From an uncultured Mariniphaga sp. (GTDB lineage: Bacteria; Bacteroidota; Bacteroidia; Bacteroidales; Prolixibacteraceae), in contig CAYNOQ010000002.1 of the NCBI GenBank assembly GCA_964398855.1, positions 170 to 64,169 on the forward strand: a DNA stretch of 64,000 nucleotides, given 5' to 3'. Under the pieces are notes generated by a model, which saw nothing but the letters and a program-made list of their open reading frames with translations, was not told the DNA's origin and searched no databases. The translations under genes were made by a program, and so were the position numbers. Shown piece after piece: positions 59,799-64,000 of the stretch (the first letter of the stretch is position 1; each line of letters opens with the position of its first letter).

Positions 59799-62700
59799 TT
59801 AATTTTCGTTAATTTTTAGTTGGAACGAATTGTCTTTTGCGTCTTGCTGCTCCGATTGTTCCATTTTTTCAAGCTCGGCGAGTCTTCTTGATGCTTCGGC
59901 TTTTACGCCGTCATTTTCAGCGCTGTAATTTTCCACCACACTCCGCAGGGTGTGCTTTGCCTGAAAATAATCTCCGCGGTCATAATATATATCCGACAGC
60001 AATAGGAAAGCTTTTCCAAGCCAAAACTGGAATGGCGTTCCCTTGGAGATAAAATCCATAATTTCGTCTTCCGCCTGTTTTTTCTGATTTTGTTTGTAAT
60101 ATATTTCAGCAACAAGAAATTTGGCTTCTGCTCCCTGCTCTAATTTGGTATCGGTAGCCACCGCTTTCAATGGCTCAAGCGCAGCATTCTGGTTACCAAG
60201 CAGATAATGGGATTTTCCTGAAATAAAATTGGCTTCCTTGTTCCAAGCCTCATTGGTTACTTCGGATTTTACCACTTTTCCGGCTGCCTGAATTGCTTCG
60301 TTATAAAATTTCAGCTGAAAATTGCAACGCATCTGCCCGGTGTAGGCTTTCAGCTGATTCCATTTATTTCCTGCTAATTTTTCAAGCCGGTTGAACAACT
60401 CCAGCGCCTGCTCATAATTTCCGGCATTGAAGGTGAGTTCCGAAGCCCGTGAAATCGCCTGCTCACTAAAAATATTGTTGGGCTGTCGTGCAACAAATGA
60501 GTAGTGTTCATTGGCTTTTGTGTAGCTGCCTTCATCATACAGCAGTTCAGCAAGATAAAAATGGGCATTGGTTGCAAAACTTCCATTGGGGAATTGCTGC
60601 AGATAGTTTTGCAGCTGCTGTGTTGCCTGCCTGTCGCGCGACAGATAGAGCCGCTCGGCTGCTGCATAGGTGAGTGAATCCTGCTCGGAAACGGTTACGT
60701 TCACTCCGCTGCCAAGGGTTCGGGTATATGCAAAATAGCCGTCAACATTATTCATTTCAACATAGCTGTTTTTTATTCCCAGCAGTGCAGCCTGAGCCTC
60801 AGGCGTTCCGGGGAAATTCTCGGCAACCCGCTTGTAATTTATCAACGCTTCGCTGAAATTCCCGTTATTAAAATGAATCAGTCCCGTTTGCAGCAACGCT
60901 CTGGGATAGAATGCTCCGTCAGCATAATTGCTGATGATTCGCTGATAGTTTCCGAGCGCTTCCGTATATTGCCCGAGGCGCTCGTTTGCACGCCCCAGTT
61001 CATAAAGCGCATCATCAACATATTCCGAATCGGGAAAGCCCTCCTGCAATTTTCGCAGCGAATTTATTTTCCCCTGCTGGTCGTGCTGTAATCCCTGACA
61101 AAATGCAATCTGGTACAAAGCGTAATCGGCATCAAAAATGCGCATATCCAATGCTCTCTGGTAGTTTTGCCTTGCAGAACCATATTCAGTATTTGCAAAA
61201 TAGTAGTCGCCTAACCGGTTGTATGCATCCGCAAGTTTTTCCGTGCGCTGGTTTTGCATGGAGTTGATATAATTTCTGAAATGTGCGGCTGCCTGTTCAA
61301 AATTTTCCAATTTAAACCAGGAATATGCCAGATTGTATTCGGCATCTTTATACTCTGAAAGCGATGCGGCACCGGCGGTGCGAAGAAACTGAGAATAGTT
61401 GTCTGCCGCAGCACGGTAATCTCCTGTCCGGTAAAGTGCTTCTGCCTTCCAGAAAAGCGCACGGGCGTTTATTTCGCGGTTGTATGTTCCGTTTTGAAGC
61501 GACAGATTAAAATGGTCAATCGCCTGATTATATGATAAATTATTGAAAAGCTCCAGACCGCGGTAAAAAGTTACGCGCTGGTAGGCACCCAATATTTCGG
61601 GAGATTTCACTTCAATCTTTTCAATGGAACTCATGGCATCCTTATAATTTCGCGTAACCATAAATACCTGTGTCAAATAGCGGTATGCCTCGGTATTTCG
61701 CTGAGAATTGGGATAAAGGGTAATGTACCTGTCAAATGCTTTAATCGTTTCATTGAATGGCGAGTAGGAAAGCTCATAGGTGAGTTTTGCATAGCTGAAC
61801 AGGGCATCTTCCTTAATCCGTTCATTGAAATCAAACTCTGATGCTGCTTCAAATGCAACCCTTGCCTTCTCCTTTTCATTCATTCGGATATAGCTGTCGG
61901 CCAGATGATAATAGGCATTTTGTGCCATTTCATCTTTTCCTTTAGATGCATTTTCCAGCAGCGGAATTGCTTTGTCAACCGCTCCGGTGCTATAGTAGCA
62001 ATATCCCAGCAGATAGTTGTCTTCCCTTGTTTTCATTCCTGCTGTCCGGTGAAAAGCTTCAAGATACGGGATTGCCTGAGAATATTCGCGCAGGTGAAAA
62101 TAGGAATCGCCAATAATTTTGGAAAGTTCACTTTTATGCTCTTCCTCAACATCGTTCAGGATGGGAACCGTATAGTTGATAATCTCTTCGTAGCGTTGCT
62201 GCTTATAATAGATGTGACTCACGTAGAGTGGAATAACTCTGGAGTAAGCCGGCTCCGACTCCAATTGCTTAAATCCATCAAGCGCCGACTGAAAATTTTC
62301 CTGCAAATACATGATGTGTGCCCAATAGTAGGTGGCAGGTCTGCTGTAAATCGAATTTGAGTTTTTCACCTCATTAAATTCCCGTAAAGCCTCTTCAGTG
62401 TTATCTGTCATCAAATGGGCATACCCGTTTTGATATTTCAGCTTTATTCTTTCAGGTTCTGTTAGCGAATTTTGATCAATCCCGCTAAAAGTTTTCAGTA
62501 CAGCAACATACTGTTTTCTTTCAAACTGATAATCGCTAAGATTGAAAAGCGCATTGTTCATATAGGGACTTGCAGGATGCCGGTCAATAAAATTTTCCAG
62601 CAATCTGTTTCCCGAAGTGTGCCCTGCCTTCAGCGCTGAAACCGATTTGAAATATTCAGCCTCCGAATATAGCTCCGACCAAGGCTCAATCAGCTCCTGC

Positions 62701-62870
62701 ACTTTTTCAAATTGCCGGAATGCCGCATTGTATTTCCCCTGATGGAAAAGCTCCCGTCCTGTCTGCACCTCTTTTTCCACATCTTCAAAAAAGGCGGTTT
62801 GCTGTGCAAACGCCGGAAGTGCAAAAATCAGCAAAATCAAGAAAATAAAATTACACTGTATTGTTTTCAT
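59799..62870 (-). CDS. Exported giant tetratricopeptide-repeat protein
   Basis: Signal MKTIQCNFIFLILLIFALPAFAQ. 1023 aa of recurring TPR-like A/Y/L heptads, for example YNAAFRQFEKV, YEEIINY, YSQAIPYLEAF and YFQAKHTLRSV. Confidence 0.7.
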   Translation of the reverse strand: MKTIQCNFIFLILLIFALPAFAQQTAFFEDVEKEVQTGRELFHQGKYNAAFRQFEKVQELIEPWSELYSEAEYFKSVSALKAGHTSGNRLLENFIDRHPASPYMNNALFNLSDYQFERKQYVAVLKTFSGIDQNSLTEPERIKLKYQNGYAHLMTDNTEEALREFNEVKNSNSIYSRPATYYWAHIMYLQENFQSALDGFKQLESEPAYSRVIPLYVSHIYYKQQRYEEIINYTVPILNDVEEEHKSELSKIIGDSYFHLREYSQAIPYLEAFHRTAGMKTREDNYLLGYCYYSTGAVDKAIPLLENASKGKDEMAQNAYYHLADSYIRMNEKEKARVAFEAASEFDFNERIKEDALFSYAKLTYELSYSPFNETIKAFDRYITLYPNSQRNTEAYRYLTQVFMVTRNYKDAMSSIEKIEVKSPEILGAYQRVTFYRGLELFNNLSYNQAIDHFNLSLQNGTYNREINARALFWKAEALYRTGDYRAAADNYSQFLRTAGAASLSEYKDAEYNLAYSWFKLENFEQAAAHFRNYINSMQNQRTEKLADAYNRLGDYYFANTEYGSARQNYQRALDMRIFDADYALYQIAFCQGLQHDQQGKINSLRKLQEGFPDSEYVDDALYELGRANERLGQYTEALGNYQRIISNYADGAFYPRALLQTGLIHFNNGNFSEALINYKRVAENFPGTPEAQAALLGIKNSYVEMNNVDGYFAYTRTLGSGVNVTVSEQDSLTYAAAERLYLSRDRQATQQLQNYLQQFPNGSFATNAHFYLAELLYDEGSYTKANEHYSFVARQPNNIFSEQAISRASELTFNAGNYEQALELFNRLEKLAGNKWNQLKAYTGQMRCNFQLKFYNEAIQAAGKVVKSEVTNEAWNKEANFISGKSHYLLGNQNAALEPLKAVATDTKLEQGAEAKFLVAEIYYKQNQKKQAEDEIMDFISKGTPFQFWLGKAFLLLSDIYYDRGDYFQAKHTLRSVVENYSAENDGVKAEASRRLAELEKMEQSEQQDAKDNSFQLKINEN

Positions 62871-63110
62871 TTAAATATTTTTTCAAAAGTATAAAACGGG
62901 CACATTTTTACATTAATCCAACTTTGCATCACCAGCAGATAGCGCTCCATTTATAACTGATTTCAATAAAAGTCCTAAAATAGTTATTAAACTTCTTACG
63001 AACCATTCAAAATCATTAGTTTTTCTTAACAACTAACTGTTTATTTCTTTCCTTTATTATCTGTGCGGGTAAAAAAATTAACCCTATATTCGGGCTGAAT
63101 TCGTTAATAA

Positions 63111-63830
63111 ATGGAAAATAACAAAATCATAGAGTTGCTTTCGGCTGACATATATCAGCGTGATAACCTGATACTTTCGGACGTAAATCTCACCATCAAT
63201 GCAGGTGAATTTGTCTATGTTACCGGGAAGGTGGGCACCGGCAAATCGAGCCTGATAAAGACACTTAACGCTGAGCTTCCGCTGCAAAAGGGAATTGGAG
63301 AAGTTGCAGGATTTAATCTTCAGAACATAAAACATAAAGCCATTTCACAACTGCGCCGTAAGCTGGGAGTTGTTTTTCAGGATTTCAGACTGCTTCCCGA
63401 CAGAAATGTTTTTGATAATCTGGAATTTGTATTGAAGGCTACCGGATGGAGAAACCGTATGGAAATTACGGAGCGCATCGGGCAGGTGCTAAAACGTGTC
63501 GGTATGTTCGATGCAAAAAGGAAAATGCCCTATCAGCTCAGCGGTGGCGAACAGCAGCGAGTGGTGATTGCCCGCGCCATTCTCAACGATCCGCTGATCA
63601 TTCTTGCAGATGAGCCAACAGGAAACCTTGATCCTGAAACCTCAACAGAAATTATGGAACTTTTTCTCGAATTGAACAGGGAAGGCAAAACCATAATCAT
63701 CTCAACACATGACTTTGCAGTGATTGCAAGCAAACCTGCGCGCACCTTAGTTTGTGCCGGCGGCATGATTTCCGATTCGGCAAGAGACAATATTCTTCTT
63801 GATTTTGAAAGTATTCTGGGATTGTCTTAG
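63111..63830 (+). CDS. ftsE: Cell-division ABC ATPase FtsE
   Basis: Walker A GKVGTGKSS, signature LSGGEQQRV and Walker B ILADEPTGNLD; 239 aa. No adjacent ftsX lies in the window, because a terminator and tRNA follow. Confidence 0.8.
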   Translation: MENNKIIELLSADIYQRDNLILSDVNLTINAGEFVYVTGKVGTGKSSLIKTLNAELPLQKGIGEVAGFNLQNIKHKAISQLRRKLGVVFQDFRLLPDRNVFDNLEFVLKATGWRNRMEITERIGQVLKRVGMFDAKRKMPYQLSGGEQQRVVIARAILNDPLIILADEPTGNLDPETSTEIMELFLELNREGKTIIISTHDFAVIASKPARTLVCAGGMISDSARDNILLDFESILGLS

Positions 63831-63860
63831 ACGCAAATTTTCAGACTTGGAGAATCATTA

Positions 63861-63893
63861 AAAAAAGCCTCTCACCTTCAGGTGAAAGGCTTT
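63861..63893 (+). terminator. Rho-independent terminator after ftsE
   Basis: aaaaaa-gcctctcacc-ttca-ggtgaaaggc-ttt. The 10-bp stem has one mismatch. Confidence 0.7.
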
Positions 63894-63901
63894 ATCATTT
63901 G

Positions 63902-63984
63902 TGGGGAGAGGAGGATTCGAACCTCCGAAGGCGTCAGCCAATAGATTTACAGTCTACCCCATTTGTCCACTTTGGTATCTCCCC
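63902..63984 (-). tRNA. tRNA-Tyr (anticodon GTA)
   Basis: The reverse complement is GGGGAGATACCAAAGTGGACAAATGGGGTAGACTGTAAATCTATTGGCTGACGCCTTCGGAGGTTCGAATCCTCCTCTCCCCA. Acceptor stem GGGGAGA/TCTCCCC, anticodon loop CTGTAAA, extended variable arm, and T-arm GGAGG-TTCGAAT-CCTCC. CCA is not encoded. Confidence 0.92.
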
Positions 63985-64000
63985 GTAATATTTTCCGAGC

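Overview
This is a 64-kb chromosomal segment that looks Bacteroidota-like. The signs are a short 286-aa sigma-A, a fused E1 alpha/beta dehydrogenase, a TamB-size giant, an exbB-X-exbD-exbD cluster, lipoprotein signals, and cacaaag/cacagag-type junk repeats in the intergenic DNA. I call 48 protein genes and 3 tRNAs (Ser-GGA, Pro-CGG, Tyr-GTA). I see no rRNA, CRISPR array, transposase, integrase, phage gene or recognisable defence or toxin-antitoxin module. About two thirds of the window is housekeeping: nhaA, tamB-like, tsaD, gdhA, groES/EL, fmt, nfo, ssb, rpoD, htrA-like, gyrB and ftsE. The accessory part lies at about 7.2-25.9 kb. It encodes exported enzymes: two beta-helix proteins, two diverged copies of an ~800-aa GH-like protein, a signal-peptide amidohydrolase, a Tat-exported Gfo/Idh/MocA oxidoreductase and a GH16. 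A cytoplasmic HpcH-type aldolase sits with them, and there is no SusC/SusD pair or regulator. Its 10.7-kb core (11141-21810) is bracketed by two unusually long gene-free regions built from the same short repeat modules in opposite orientation, including an exact 22-nt inverted match. This locus is my best candidate for an uncharacterised system, probably a non-canonical glycan or acidic-sugar pathway. The family assignments are from memory of motifs and need HMM or structure checks. The secondary candidates are listed here.
- An HxlR-controlled four-gene redox operon with a perfect 14-bp palindrome in its divergent promoter.
- A 398-bp ORF-free gap downstream of rpoD.
- A Fur-box-like palindrome upstream of a small OMP/lipoprotein pair.
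- A TPR-giant plus 609-aa beta-barrel operon.
I found no clear-cut new defence or mobile system, and I say so rather than force one.
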